A DNA stretch of 62,742 nucleotides. Origin: Patescibacteria group bacterium. GTDB taxonomy: Bacteria > Patescibacteriota > Doudnabacteria > UBA920 > O2-02-FULL-48-8. Shown here piece by piece: positions 9,385-19,268 of the stretch (position 1 is the stretch's first letter; each line of letters opens with the position of its first letter). The notes beneath the pieces were generated by a model. That model was not told where the DNA came from. It searched no databases and saw nothing but the letters and a program-made list of their open reading frames with translations. The stretch is from assembly GCA_036394315.1 (NCBI GenBank), contig DASWFI010000156.1, forward strand, positions 1-62,742, written 5' to 3'. The translations under genes and the position numbers were made by a program.

Positions 9385-10515
9385 ATGAAGAAACTTAAGA
9401 TTATAAGCCTTTTGGCTGCTTTAGGCTTGATTTTCGGAAACTCGGTTTTTGCAGCTGAGTTTGTGAAGCCGGACCAGGAGAGCGGCACTATTACCCTCCC
9501 CGCCTCGGAAACGCACCACAATCTTTACACTGCCGGAGGCAATGTAATTATTAATAGTAAAATCACGGGTGATCTATATGCTGCGGGCGGCATGGTGAAA
9601 ATCATCGGCGATGTGGAAGACAATCTTACAGTAGCCGGAGGCAATCTCGATATTTCCGGAAAAGTCGGTCGCAATATCAGAATTGCTGGCGGCAATATTT
9701 CCATAAACAATGCAGTGGGCTCTGATCTTCTGGCAGCTGGTGGCAATATTTTTATCGCCGAAACCGCATCCATTGCAGGTGACTTAGTGTCAGCTGGCGG
9801 TAATATTGAATTGCATGCTCCAGTTAATGGCAAACTTATGATTGCTGCTGGCACAGTAGTTATCAATAATGTGGTTAAAGGTGATGTAGTGGTTACTGCA
9901 GATAAAAAGCTGACATTTGGGCCCAAAGCCCAGGTCAGCGGTAAGATAACTTATTATGGCAATTCTGATCCTGTAATTGCGTCAGGTGCCAAAGTTGGAA
10001 TAGTAGATAAGCATCCAATCCAAAAAAGGAACCATTTCGCAGCCGGCTTGTTTGGTGTAGGAATTGTGATTAGTCTGCTGGCGTGGATAGCCGCAGGACT
10101 GCTGTTGCTGTATTTGCTAAGACGAGGCCTCACCATGGCCACGGACTCGATGCGCGAAGAGCCCTGGGCAAACTTAGGAATTGGATTGATTGCGTTGATT
10201 ATCGTGCCGATTGTAGCTCTGGTACTTCTCCTTACTCTAATCGGTTACTACATCGCGCTATTACTGATCGTTGGCTATGTGTTCGCTCTTATGTTCTCCT
10301 GCCTGTTCGCAGCGGTGTTTCTGGGTAAATGGTTATTTGGTTACATCGATAAAAATATATCTAGGATTGATTGGCGAGTAGTGGTTTTGGGGATCGTCGC
10401 CTTTAAAATCCTCAAATTAATTCCCTTTATCGGCTGGTTGCTCGTGTTCCTGCTAAGTATGCTTGCATTCGGCGCTATTCTCCGCATGACTTATCGCCAA
10501 CTGCGAAGAGAGTAA
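9385..10515 (+). CDS. bactofilin-like (polymer-forming cytoskeletal repeat) domain fused to a C-terminal multi-TM domain
   Basis: 376-aa ORF with a signal peptide. There are about 8 tandem degenerate repeats of the form G(D/N)L..AGGN(V/I).I, then 4-5 hydrophobic helices. Confidence 0.6.
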   Translation: MKKLKIISLLAALGLIFGNSVFAAEFVKPDQESGTITLPASETHHNLYTAGGNVIINSKITGDLYAAGGMVKIIGDVEDNLTVAGGNLDISGKVGRNIRIAGGNISINNAVGSDLLAAGGNIFIAETASIAGDLVSAGGNIELHAPVNGKLMIAAGTVVINNVVKGDVVVTADKKLTFGPKAQVSGKITYYGNSDPVIASGAKVGIVDKHPIQKRNHFAAGLFGVGIVISLLAWIAAGLLLLYLLRRGLTMATDSMREEPWANLGIGLIALIIVPIVALVLLLTLIGYYIALLLIVGYVFALMFSCLFAAVFLGKWLFGYIDKNISRIDWRVVVLGIVAFKILKLIPFIGWLLVFLLSMLAFGAILRMTYRQLRRE

Positions 10516-10540
10516 TAAATTAGCTAATCTAAGCAAATTT

Positions 10541-10568
10541 AAACGCCTCATATCAGAGGCGTTTATTT
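10541..10568. terminator. bidirectional terminator between convergent genes
   Basis: 9-bp stem AAACGCCTC / GAGGCGTTT, A-rich upstream and T-rich downstream. Confidence 0.65.
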
Positions 10569-10579
10569 ACATAGTTTGT

Positions 10580-12292
10580 TTATGCTACTACCTTAACTTT
10601 TTCTTTCGGCTTAGACTTGGCGATTGATGCCGCTTCTCTGTGGGCCTTGTCTCGGGCTTTGATTGTGGCTTTTAGAAATTCTCTAAACAGGGGTCCTGGA
10701 GTCAGTGGTCTGGACTTGAATTCAGGGTGGAATTGCGTGCCCAGGAAAAACGGATGGTCTTTCAATTCCATAATTTCCACCAGATGTCCGTCGGGCGAAG
10801 TGCCGGAAAAAATCATTCCCGCGGCTTCAAACTGTTTGCGATATTTATTATTAAATTCATAACGGTGGCGATGTCGCTCGGAAATTTTTCCGGTCTTATA
10901 TGCTTCAAAAGCTTTGGTTCCAGGCTTAACTGAACAAACCCAGGCTCCTAAGCGCATGGTGGCTCCATATTCTCGCTTTAGAAGCTTTTTTTCCTGGTCT
11001 GGCATAATATTGATCACCGGATGTGGGGTATCATCATCTACCTCCAGAGTATTGGCGTTTTTGAGCTTTAAAACATTGCGCGCAAATTCAATCGCCGCCA
11101 TTTGCATACCATAACAAAGTCCCAGATACGGAATTTTATGCTCTCTGGCGTAGCGGATAGTTTGGATCAAACCTTCAGTCCCACGTTTGCCGAATCCGCC
11201 TGGGACCACTATGCCGTCGAAACCTTTCAGCACGCTGGCCGGACCCTTTTTTTCAATTTCACTGCTCGTAATCCAATGCAAATTTGTTTTAACCCCATTG
11301 GCCCAGGATGCGTGCTTGATAGATTCCACCACGGAAATGTATACGTCGGAAAGTTTGTAGTCTTTGCCGGTTTCGAAATACTTCCCAACTACGGCAATGT
11401 TTATTTCTTTTTTGACTTTGTTGATTGTTGAGATCAAATTTTGCCATTTTTTTAAATTTGGCTTGGTTCGTTTTAAATCCAATCTTTCCAAAATCTTATC
11501 GGTCAGACCCTGTTTTTCAAATTCCAACGGGATTTTATAAATCGTATCCACATTCGGAGCGGAAATTATTCGATCTTCCGGCACGTTGCAGATCATGGCC
11601 AGGGTAGATTTTCGCCGCTTATCTAAGGGTTTTTCAGCACGTCCGATGATAAAGTCAGGCTGAATCCCACTGCCATTCAGCAAACGAACAGAGGTTTGGA
11701 CTGGCTTGGATTTCATTTCGCCGATGCTGGGCGGCGTGGGCAAATAAGCTACATGAAGATGAGTCACATCGCGATTGTAGCGATACTTCATGATTCTGTT
11801 TGCTTCTATAAACAAACTGTTCTGGTACTCCCCTACCGTGCCGCCGATTTCGACGATTACGAAATCCGCTTTTCGTTTTTTCGCAGCGAGTTCGCAGCGT
11901 CGGATAATTTCCTCAGGTACATGAGGAACGATTTCCACGTCTTCGCCTTCGTATTCGAAATTTCTTTCTTTGCGAATAATTTCCTGGTAGACCTGGCCGT
12001 TGGTGAGATAGTTGGCGCTGGAAAGATCCGTATTCATGAACCGTTCATAGTTGCCGATATCCTGGTCAGTTTCCATGCCATCTTCAGTTACAAATACTTC
12101 GCCGTGTTCTTGGGGACGGATGGTGCCGGCATCTACATTCAGGTAAGGATCACATTTTAAAGGAGCTACTTTGTAGCCCCTTGCTTCGAGTAAGGTGGCG
12201 ATGGCAGCAGTGGTAATGCCCTTACCAACGCTGGAGATAACACCGCCTGAAACGAATATGTATTTGGTGTGATGTTTGTCGTTTGCTGTCAT
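10580..12292 (-). CDS. pyrG: CTP synthase
   Basis: 570-aa ORF. It has the N-terminal KYIFVSGGVISSVGKG and the glutamine amidotransferase motif GLCYGMQ. Confidence 0.95.
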   Translation of the reverse strand: MTANDKHHTKYIFVSGGVISSVGKGITTAAIATLLEARGYKVAPLKCDPYLNVDAGTIRPQEHGEVFVTEDGMETDQDIGNYERFMNTDLSSANYLTNGQVYQEIIRKERNFEYEGEDVEIVPHVPEEIIRRCELAAKKRKADFVIVEIGGTVGEYQNSLFIEANRIMKYRYNRDVTHLHVAYLPTPPSIGEMKSKPVQTSVRLLNGSGIQPDFIIGRAEKPLDKRRKSTLAMICNVPEDRIISAPNVDTIYKIPLEFEKQGLTDKILERLDLKRTKPNLKKWQNLISTINKVKKEINIAVVGKYFETGKDYKLSDVYISVVESIKHASWANGVKTNLHWITSSEIEKKGPASVLKGFDGIVVPGGFGKRGTEGLIQTIRYAREHKIPYLGLCYGMQMAAIEFARNVLKLKNANTLEVDDDTPHPVINIMPDQEKKLLKREYGATMRLGAWVCSVKPGTKAFEAYKTGKISERHRHRYEFNNKYRKQFEAAGMIFSGTSPDGHLVEIMELKDHPFFLGTQFHPEFKSRPLTPGPLFREFLKATIKARDKAHREAASIAKSKPKEKVKVVA

Positions 12293-12299
12293 TGGAGAG

Positions 12300-12746
12300 T
12301 TATTCTAATGATTCTATATTTAATTTTACCAAAGCTATTAGGTTTGGCGCAAATCGCACCTCAATCTCGTGGATGCCCAGCGCCTTGACCGGAAGTTTGA
12401 TCCTTATCATTTCTGGACTGATTTCGGCTCCGGATTTGTCAGTGATGGCTTTAGCGATCTCGGCTTCATGGACCGCGGCGAATAAATTTTTCTTATTAGC
12501 CTTGGCTTTGACCGTGAAAGTTTTATTTTCCAGGTTCTTTTTTAAATCCAAAAACTTTTCCTGGTTCTTACGCACTTTGGCCTGGCGCTCGGATTCTTCT
12601 TTTTGGATCCTGATCAATGCTTCTGAGGTAGCGGGAAGGCCTAAGTGTTTGGGAATTAAAAAATTTCTGGCATGACCGTCACTTACGTCTTTGACATCAC
12701 CAGCTCTGCCTAACCCAGATACGTCCTTAGTTAAGATTATTTTCAT
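12300..12746 (-). CDS. rplI: 50S ribosomal protein L9
   Basis: MKIILTKDV..LG..GDV..V..G.ARNFLIP is the canonical L9 N-terminus. Confidence 0.9.
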   Translation of the reverse strand: MKIILTKDVSGLGRAGDVKDVSDGHARNFLIPKHLGLPATSEALIRIQKEESERQAKVRKNQEKFLDLKKNLENKTFTVKAKANKKNLFAAVHEAEIAKAITDKSGAEISPEMIRIKLPVKALGIHEIEVRFAPNLIALVKLNIESLE

Positions 12747-12755
12747 TCTGACTTA

Positions 12756-13685
12756 TTATATCTTCAAGTAGCGGCGGATAGCAATAGTGGAGGCGATAAT
12801 GCTCAAACCTACGCTGGCCACTATGTTGATTAGCAGAATTCGCCAGAACAAGGCGTTGATTAAGCTTGTGCCCAGACTGTTTAGTGATAAGAATTCTTCG
12901 ATTCTTGCCGAAAGCAGATACAGCAGGCCAAAAAGTACCAGCGAAGTAAAAAATGTAGCGAAAATTGCGTACATAATCCCTTCGATCATAAATGGCCAAC
13001 GAATGAACCAATTGGTGGCGCCCACCAGCCGCATGATTTCAACTTCTTCTCTCCGATTGTAGATGGTCAAGCGGATCGTATTAAACGTTACCATAATTGT
13101 CACCAGCATGAAAATCAAAGCCAGAATGATTCCAAATCTTGTGATAAAGTCGATAATTTTATGAAGCTTGTCTATAACCTTTTGATTGTCTTTGACCGTG
13201 GACAAGCCCTGGTCATTTACAAAATAAGGCGCGTAACGTTCACCTCGCAGAATATTATAAATGCCGCTGTAATCGCTCAAGTTAGTTGCTTTAACTGATA
13301 CCGAGGCTGGAACCGGTTTTTCAAACTGCTGTAAACTTATCAGCCAACCCGGTTCCGCTTTGTGGCGTTCTATAAATCGCTGCTTAGCTTCATCGTTGGA
13401 GACAAAATCCACGGATTTAACTCCGGGGATCGCCTGAATTTCCGCCGTAATATTTTCCATTTCTTTATCCGTGGTTTTGGTGTTGAAATAAGCGGTGACC
13501 ACGCCGACCTTATCTGTGCTGTTATTTATAGAAAGTACAGTGAGAGTGTAAAAAATTAAAATTGTGGAGATAATAAACAAAGTGATTACCACCATAGAGG
13601 TAGCAGCCACGGATACCCAGATGTTGCGAAAAAAATGAGTAAAACCGGATTTGATCACTCGTTTAGCATCCAAAGCGGAACTCAT
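12756..13685 (-). CDS. ftsX: cell division permease FtsX
   Basis: 309-aa ORF with 4 TM helices and a large first extracytoplasmic loop. It overlaps the ftsE stop by 4 nt. Confidence 0.85.
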   Translation of the reverse strand: MSSALDAKRVIKSGFTHFFRNIWVSVAATSMVVITLFIISTILIFYTLTVLSINNSTDKVGVVTAYFNTKTTDKEMENITAEIQAIPGVKSVDFVSNDEAKQRFIERHKAEPGWLISLQQFEKPVPASVSVKATNLSDYSGIYNILRGERYAPYFVNDQGLSTVKDNQKVIDKLHKIIDFITRFGIILALIFMLVTIMVTFNTIRLTIYNRREEVEIMRLVGATNWFIRWPFMIEGIMYAIFATFFTSLVLFGLLYLLSARIEEFLSLNSLGTSLINALFWRILLINIVASVGLSIIASTIAIRRYLKI

Positions 13686-14359
13686 AGGACGTACTTTCCT
13701 TTCTCGCGGTCATATACCACCGCACCTTTTTCGATAGTTACGACGCGTTTCTTGATGCTATTAACCAGATCCTTGGCATGGGTAGCCAAAACCACGGTGG
13801 TGCCGGATTTGTTGATTCTTAAAAGAAGCTGGATTATCTCCCAGGCATTAATCGAATCCAGATTACCCGTAGGTTCGTCAGCTAATAATAATACGGGCTT
13901 ATGCGCCAATGCTCGGGCAATAGCCACGCGTTGCTTCTCACCGCCAGACATTTCCTGGGGGAAGGCTTTGGTTTTCTCTTCCAGGCCCACCATCTCTAAA
14001 ATCTTTGGCACTTCTTTTTTTATCATCAACGGACTCTCGCCGGATACTTCAAGGGCAAAAGCTATATTTTCAAACGCTGTTCTATTCGGCAAAAGTTTAA
14101 TATCCTGGAAGACAACGCCGATTTTACGTCGAAGGTAAGGAATGTCGCTCATCCTTATCTGCCCCACATCGATGTCATCAATAAAAATTTTGCCTTTATC
14201 TGGTCGTTCTTCCCCGATAATCAAAGACATGAGCGTGGATTTGCCAGCGCCTGACTGGCCCACGAGCGAAATAAATTCACCCTTGTGAATTTCCAGCGTT
14301 ACGTCATCAAGAGCGATGTTTTTACCGTAGGTTTTTGTTACCGAATCGAATTTAATCAT
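13682..14359 (-). CDS. ftsE: cell division ATP-binding protein FtsE
   Basis: 225-aa ABC ATPase with GQSGAGKST, MSGGEKQR and LLLADEPTGNLD, directly upstream of ftsX. Confidence 0.9.
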   Translation of the reverse strand: MIKFDSVTKTYGKNIALDDVTLEIHKGEFISLVGQSGAGKSTLMSLIIGEERPDKGKIFIDDIDVGQIRMSDIPYLRRKIGVVFQDIKLLPNRTAFENIAFALEVSGESPLMIKKEVPKILEMVGLEEKTKAFPQEMSGGEKQRVAIARALAHKPVLLLADEPTGNLDSINAWEIIQLLLRINKSGTTVVLATHAKDLVNSIKKRVVTIEKGAVVYDREKGKYVL

Positions 14360-14385
14360 TGGGTCTATTATAGCAAAATAAAACT

Positions 14386-15487
14386 CTATGCATCAGCAAT
14401 ACGATTTTGTTCAAGATAATGCTTTACAAATTCGTCTAAATCTCCTTCCAGGACCGCTTCCGCGTCCGAAGTTTCGTAGTCAGTTCGATGATCTTTGACC
14501 AATTTGTAGGGATGGAGGACATAAGATCGGATCTGATTGCCCCATTCCGCACTATGAAATTCTCCGCGAATTTTTAATTTTTCTTGTTGGTGTTTTTGCT
14601 CTTCCAACGCCACGAGCTTACTGGTCAAAATTTTCAGTGCCTGTTCCTTATTTTGGGATTGGGAGCGCTCGTTTTGGATAGTCACTGTAATTCCAGTAGG
14701 TTTATGAGTGGCTCGGATAGCGGAGTATGTCGTATTCACGGATTGGCCACCGTGGCCACGTGAGGTTTTAGCTTCCAGTTCGATTTCATCCATATTTAAT
14801 TTAAATTCACCCTGTTGAATCGCGGGCAAAATTTCCACTAATGCGAACGATGTTTCCCTCGTCCCAATGGAGTTAAACGGAGACTGCCTGACAAGTCGAT
14901 GGACTCCGGCCTCGCTTTTAAAATAGCCATACGCGTAAGGACCCGAAATTTCTACCACCACACTTTTGACCCCCGCTTCGCCACCTCGACTTTCGTCGAT
15001 CACGTAAGCCTTGAATTTTTTTGATTCAGCGTACCGCAGATACATGCGAAGCAGCATCTCTGCCCAGTCCTGAGCATCCACGCCCCCTGCACCCGCGTGA
15101 ATGGATAAAATCGCGTCGTGGTTATCGTATTTATCCGAAAGGAAGGTGGTAAGGCGAAACTGGTCAAAGGCCGCCTTTAAAGTCCCAAATTTGCGCTTTA
15201 AATCGCCTTCTAATTGCTTATCCGACTCTGTTAGCCCCAATGCCGCCAGTTCCTCGGTATCGGCCAAATCCTGTTCAAATTTAAACCAGGAGTCGATCTG
15301 ATGTTTGAGGTCGCTCAGTTGCTTGGATTTGGTTTTTGCCATCTGCTGATCTGACCAAAAATTTGGGTCAGACATGGCATCTTCCAGCTCTAGTATTTTT
15401 TGTTTCTTTTGAGGCAGGTCAAAGATGCTCCTTCAGGTCGATCATCCGGCCTTTTAAATTTTTAATTTCTCTAATCAGTTCTTCCAT
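14386..15487 (-). CDS. prfB: peptide chain release factor 2, expressed through a programmed +1 frameshift
   Basis: The main frame (14386..15375 in the track) carries the RF2 SPF tripeptide (QSPFNS) and the GGQ motif (GHGGQSVN). A 22-codon frame-0 leader starts at ATG 15487 and ends CTT TGA C. Shifting +1 joins it in frame to the main ORF. Confidence 0.9.
15418..15433 (-). promoter_or_regulatory. RF2 autoregulatory +1 frameshift site
   Basis: The minus strand reads AAGGAG CAT CTT TGA C. This is an internal SD-like AAGGAG 3 nt before the slippery CTT and the in-frame TGA, as in E. coli prfB. Confidence 0.9.
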
Positions 15488-15488
15488 A

Positions 15489-16079
15489 TTATTTTCCTGC
15501 GTTTGGATCAGTGATCCATTTATTCATGTTGCGATGCCAATTGCTTGGGTCGGAGTTCTGAATTTCATCCCAAATTTTCTTGGCGGATTCCGTATAAAGT
15601 TTTTGATCACGGACCATGCGGCGGTTGGCTTTTTCCCATTTGCCCGGGAGTTTTGACCCGAGTTCTTCGATCTCTTTCAATTCCAGGTCAATATCTAAAT
15701 TATCCGCGTCCTTCACAATTTTTGCTTCAATAGAATCACGCTGCTCATACTTACTAAGTATTTCCCGCAGGTCTCCGAATATCGTATTTTTAAACATATC
15801 GTCAGCGGCCCTGGCTTCATCAGCAGTGACGTAAACTTTCTGAACATAGCTATGGTCCGAAGTTCTTGTTTCGGCGATATCGTGTACCAGCGCCATTTTG
15901 ATTATCAAATTTTCATCACCTTGTTTTTCCATTCTGGAGATAAGAAGTGCTAACCAGATTAAGCGGTAGGTGTGCTCTAGGTCCGAAGCAACATCAAATC
16001 CCAGATGCTGACGCCAGCCTCTAGGCACATTTCGCAAGGAACCAATTTCGTATAAAAAATCTATGTCTCTATTTTGCAT
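15489..16079 (-). CDS. HD-domain phosphohydrolase (YfbR-like 5-prime-nucleotidase type)
   Basis: 196-aa ORF with HxxR..LVHDIAE..D motifs of the HD superfamily. Confidence 0.7.
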   Translation of the reverse strand: MQNRDIDFLYEIGSLRNVPRGWRQHLGFDVASDLEHTYRLIWLALLISRMEKQGDENLIIKMALVHDIAETRTSDHSYVQKVYVTADEARAADDMFKNTIFGDLREILSKYEQRDSIEAKIVKDADNLDIDLELKEIEELGSKLPGKWEKANRRMVRDQKLYTESAKKIWDEIQNSDPSNWHRNMNKWITDPNAGK

Positions 16080-16545
16080 ACTCTACAAATGAAAACTCTT
16101 CGTGATCTTCCCGGGATATCTCTTTCCAAATGTTCCTGTCAACTTTTGGAAAAAAAACATCGCCATCTACTTCTTTGTGGACTTCGGTCAGGATCAGTTT
16201 ATCCGCTTTGTCCATCACTTGTGAAAAAATTTGCCCACCGCCGGCAACCATTACCTCATCATTATCTTTAAGCGCTTCCAATGCCTCTTCAATACTATGA
16301 TACACCAAAACGCCTTCCGGTGCTTGCCAATCCATTTGTCTCGTAATCACGACATTAGTTCGTTCCGGCAGGGGTTTTTTGAGACGGTTCATTATGGAAT
16401 CAAAAGTATTTTTACCCATGAGCACAACTTTGCCCACAGTAACTTGCTTGAAATGCTTCAGATCTTCCGGAATATACCACGGCAAGGCATTGTGACTGCC
16501 TATCACGCCGTTTTGAGCAACTGCAGCTACTAAAATTAATTTCAT
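16069..16545 (-). CDS. folA: dihydrofolate reductase
   Basis: 158-aa ORF. MKLILVAAVAQNGVIG..LPW and VVLMGKNTF are typical DHFR motifs. Confidence 0.9.
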   Translation of the reverse strand: MKLILVAAVAQNGVIGSHNALPWYIPEDLKHFKQVTVGKVVLMGKNTFDSIMNRLKKPLPERTNVVITRQMDWQAPEGVLVYHSIEEALEALKDNDEVMVAGGGQIFSQVMDKADKLILTEVHKEVDGDVFFPKVDRNIWKEISREDHEEFSFVEYAK

Positions 16546-16961
16546 ATGGGCGAGGGTTTTAAAAACTTAATTGCCTCTTCTAGAATTTTATTGTTTTTAC
16601 CTAATAGCTTCATTTTTCTGGCTTCGGCAAGTTCGGTCCAGATTGGTTCAGTTTCTTCAGTAGCTTTTAAATCACCCGAGAACTCATTAGTTAGAAATAC
16701 TTTAAATGAATAATCAACCATGCCTTGTTTCAGTTCTAAGCTAGCTTCGACATAATTTCCCGGAAAATCTTTAAGCTCTCCTGCTACCAGACCTGTCTCT
16801 TCAGTAAATTCTCGTCTGGCTGTTTCTTCTGCAGTCTCACCCGGCTCTACGTTACCACCAGGAAACGACATCGTGCCGTTGATCTGACCCGATTTAACGC
16901 CTGCTTTTACAAGCAGAACTTTACCATCCTTAATTACAAGTACGCCCGCGCCTTGTTTCAT
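16542..16961 (-). CDS. NUDIX hydrolase
   Basis: 139-aa ORF with a Nudix box: GG.VEPGET.EETARREFTEETG. Confidence 0.8.
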   Translation of the reverse strand: MKQGAGVLVIKDGKVLLVKAGVKSGQINGTMSFPGGNVEPGETAEETARREFTEETGLVAGELKDFPGNYVEASLELKQGMVDYSFKVFLTNEFSGDLKATEETEPIWTELAEARKMKLLGKNNKILEEAIKFLKPSPI

Positions 16962-17905
16962 TGCTTGCCTTCAAAGAATCCACCAGTCACTGAAAGCTCG
17001 GCTTTTAGCGCCGGGTGCGGATCGTAATCAATCAATTTTACAAGCTCCGGTTTGAAATCATCAATATTTTTCACTAACTTGTCTAGTTTGATTTTCGGAA
17101 ACGCTTTTGGCTCGCGCTTGAGTTGTTCTTTCACGACATCCATATGTTTTTCGTAAATATGCACGTCCCCGAAAGTATGAACAAATTCACCAGGCTTGTA
17201 GCCGGTGACCTGAGCCAGGATGATTGTCAGTAAAGCGTAGGACGCAATGTTGAATGGCACTCCCAAAAATATATCTGCGCTTCTTTGGTAAAGTTGCAAA
17301 GACAATTTGCCGTCAATCACATCGAATTGATACATATTGTGGCAAATTGGAAAGCGCGAAGCGTCTTCATAAGTAGCCATGGTATATAAATATTCCGGAT
17401 TCCAGGAATTTACGATTAAATTATGCGCATTCGGATCGTCCTTCACTTCCTGAATCGCCCATGCAAGCTGATCGATCGTCCGTCCTTCAGTTCTGGTAGG
17501 CCATCGGCGCCAAAGTTCACCGTAAATTTTAGGCAGTTCGCCGTGTTCTTTCGCAAAAGCGTCATCATCAATCAGTTTCTGCACAAATTCGTCCTTGGTC
17601 ATTCCAGGATTTTTTTTGTTATAAATTTTATATGGGTAGTCATTCCAGATATGAACCCCTTTGCGAGCCAAATAATCCACATTGCTTTGCCCTGACATAA
17701 ACCAATAAAGTTCTTCCACCACGCCTTTCCAAAAAACTTTCTTTGTTGTAAGCAGAGGGAAATCCTTGGACAAATCAAACCTAATCTGTTTGCCGAAAAT
17801 ACTGTAAGACGCATCACCTGTCCCACGATCTACTTTTTTATAGCCATGATCAAGAATCTCTTTCAAAAGATCCAAGTATTGATATTCCGGGTGTTTATTT
17901 TCCAT
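16958..17905 (-). CDS. thyA: thymidylate synthase (ThyA, long form)
   Basis: 315-aa ORF. It has the DRTGTG-equivalent DRGTGD, the catalytic-Cys context PICHNMYQF, and DIFLGVPFNIASYALL. Confidence 0.95.
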   Translation of the reverse strand: MENKHPEYQYLDLLKEILDHGYKKVDRGTGDASYSIFGKQIRFDLSKDFPLLTTKKVFWKGVVEELYWFMSGQSNVDYLARKGVHIWNDYPYKIYNKKNPGMTKDEFVQKLIDDDAFAKEHGELPKIYGELWRRWPTRTEGRTIDQLAWAIQEVKDDPNAHNLIVNSWNPEYLYTMATYEDASRFPICHNMYQFDVIDGKLSLQLYQRSADIFLGVPFNIASYALLTIILAQVTGYKPGEFVHTFGDVHIYEKHMDVVKEQLKREPKAFPKIKLDKLVKNIDDFKPELVKLIDYDPHPALKAELSVTGGFFEGKQ

Positions 17906-17908
17906 AGT

Positions 17909-18583
17909 TTATTCTATATTAAATACATTATCAGTTCCGTAGTATTCCTTCCAATGCTCGTTGTAATAATCAAACATTCTTTGCAGTCGGTCTTGTTGCA
18001 ATTCTTTTGTATTCAACTGAGCCATGGTTTGCCGAATTTTAGTTTTAGCTATCTCTGCCTGAGCCGGATCATTGATTATAGTTTCAAATTCTGCCAGATA
18101 CCCATAGCCCGCGTTTTTATCAATAGTAACGTTTAGGGCTTTGTATTGATATTCTTCCCGTTCGCGTGACCATTTGGCTTGGTATTCAAATCCGCAATCC
18201 AGTAACATCTGATCGAGTTGTTCTAGGCTCAGGTTTACTTCAGTTTCCAGTTCTTGTCTTGCCGTGCCATTACTCGAGGTCGTATCATCCACCGTGGCTT
18301 TTATGACAAATAGAACTAGTCCATCAGCCCAGCGCGTTCGAACCGAAAAATCTTTGGCTTTTGCGGTCAGATCATCGAATTGTTTTTGCTGTTCTTTTGG
18401 CAAATATGGTTCCAGCTTTTGGCGCAGTAAACTCAAATCACCTTTGATAAAGTAGTGATTTAGCTGTTTGTGTTTGCCTCGGAAGGTCAGATTCGGGTCA
18501 GTTTCTTTCATCTTCGCCACCAAATCCACAGCGTGTCTTACGTCGCCGATCAGACTTTTGATTTCTATTTCGTAGTTAGCCAT
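17909..18583 (-). CDS. CYTH-domain (triphosphate tunnel metalloenzyme) protein
   Basis: 224-aa ORF with the N-terminal ExExK signature (YEIEIKS). Confidence 0.65.
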   Translation of the reverse strand: MANYEIEIKSLIGDVRHAVDLVAKMKETDPNLTFRGKHKQLNHYFIKGDLSLLRQKLEPYLPKEQQKQFDDLTAKAKDFSVRTRWADGLVLFVIKATVDDTTSSNGTARQELETEVNLSLEQLDQMLLDCGFEYQAKWSREREEYQYKALNVTIDKNAGYGYLAEFETIINDPAQAEIAKTKIRQTMAQLNTKELQQDRLQRMFDYYNEHWKEYYGTDNVFNIE

Positions 18584-19268
18584 TATTTTTCCTTTTTAGA
18601 TATTTCTTTACGATCGGATAAATTTTGTCGCTGATCTCTCCTACACTCAATAATTTTCCGTTCACATAACCTTCAATTACGTCGTAATGGAATTTTTTGG
18701 CGATTTCGAGGTAAATTCGTTCAGCTGCCTGGAGGTGTTCGGAATCTTTTTCGTGAATATCTATATGCTTCGGCCCTATGTAATACTGCGGACCCCGCTT
18801 TTTAATTAATTTCAGTGAAACTTCCGCGGGCAAGTGAAGAATTATGTGAAGATCTGGTTTTGGGATCTTAAAAAAATTATACTCCAGATCCGTAATCCAT
18901 TTAAAATATTTTTCTCTTTCTTTGCGATTCAGAATTTTCCCGCCCTGGTGAGCCATGTTGGCGGTCACGTATCTGTTCGATACGACGATGTAACCAGAAT
19001 TCAGATTGCGGCGAATTCTCTGAGCTGCCGCAAAACGGTCCACTGCATAAAAAACAGATGGAATATATGCGCCCAATTCGTTGCCGCTACCGTATACTCC
19101 CGTAAGATATTCTTCCACAGGTCCTGCGGACTTTTTTCCGTACTGCGGGAAGTCTTCGATTTTAACCTTATGGCCAGCATTCTGTAACCGCTTTATTAAA
19201 AGCCTGGTCTGCGTGGATTTTCCCGAACCATCCGTGCCGTCAATTACAATAAATTTGCCTTTAGACAT
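18576..19268 (-). CDS. tmk: thymidylate kinase
   Basis: 230-aa ORF with P-loop FIVIDGTDGSGKST and the DRF/DRY-type motif AVDRF. Confidence 0.9.
   Translation of the reverse strand: MSKGKFIVIDGTDGSGKSTQTRLLIKRLQNAGHKVKIEDFPQYGKKSAGPVEEYLTGVYGSGNELGAYIPSVFYAVDRFAAAQRIRRNLNSGYIVVSNRYVTANMAHQGGKILNRKEREKYFKWITDLEYNFFKIPKPDLHIILHLPAEVSLKLIKKRGPQYYIGPKHIDIHEKDSEHLQAAERIYLEIAKKFHYDVIEGYVNGKLLSVGEISDKIYPIVKKYLKRKNNG

Noticed and set aside
12283-14138. Plus-strand ORFs antisense to rplI, ftsX and ftsE (130, 91, 65 and 167 aa), and similar antisense ORFs throughout the housekeeping operons
   Set aside because: They overlap strongly conserved genes on the opposite strand, and they lack RBSs and recognisable motifs.
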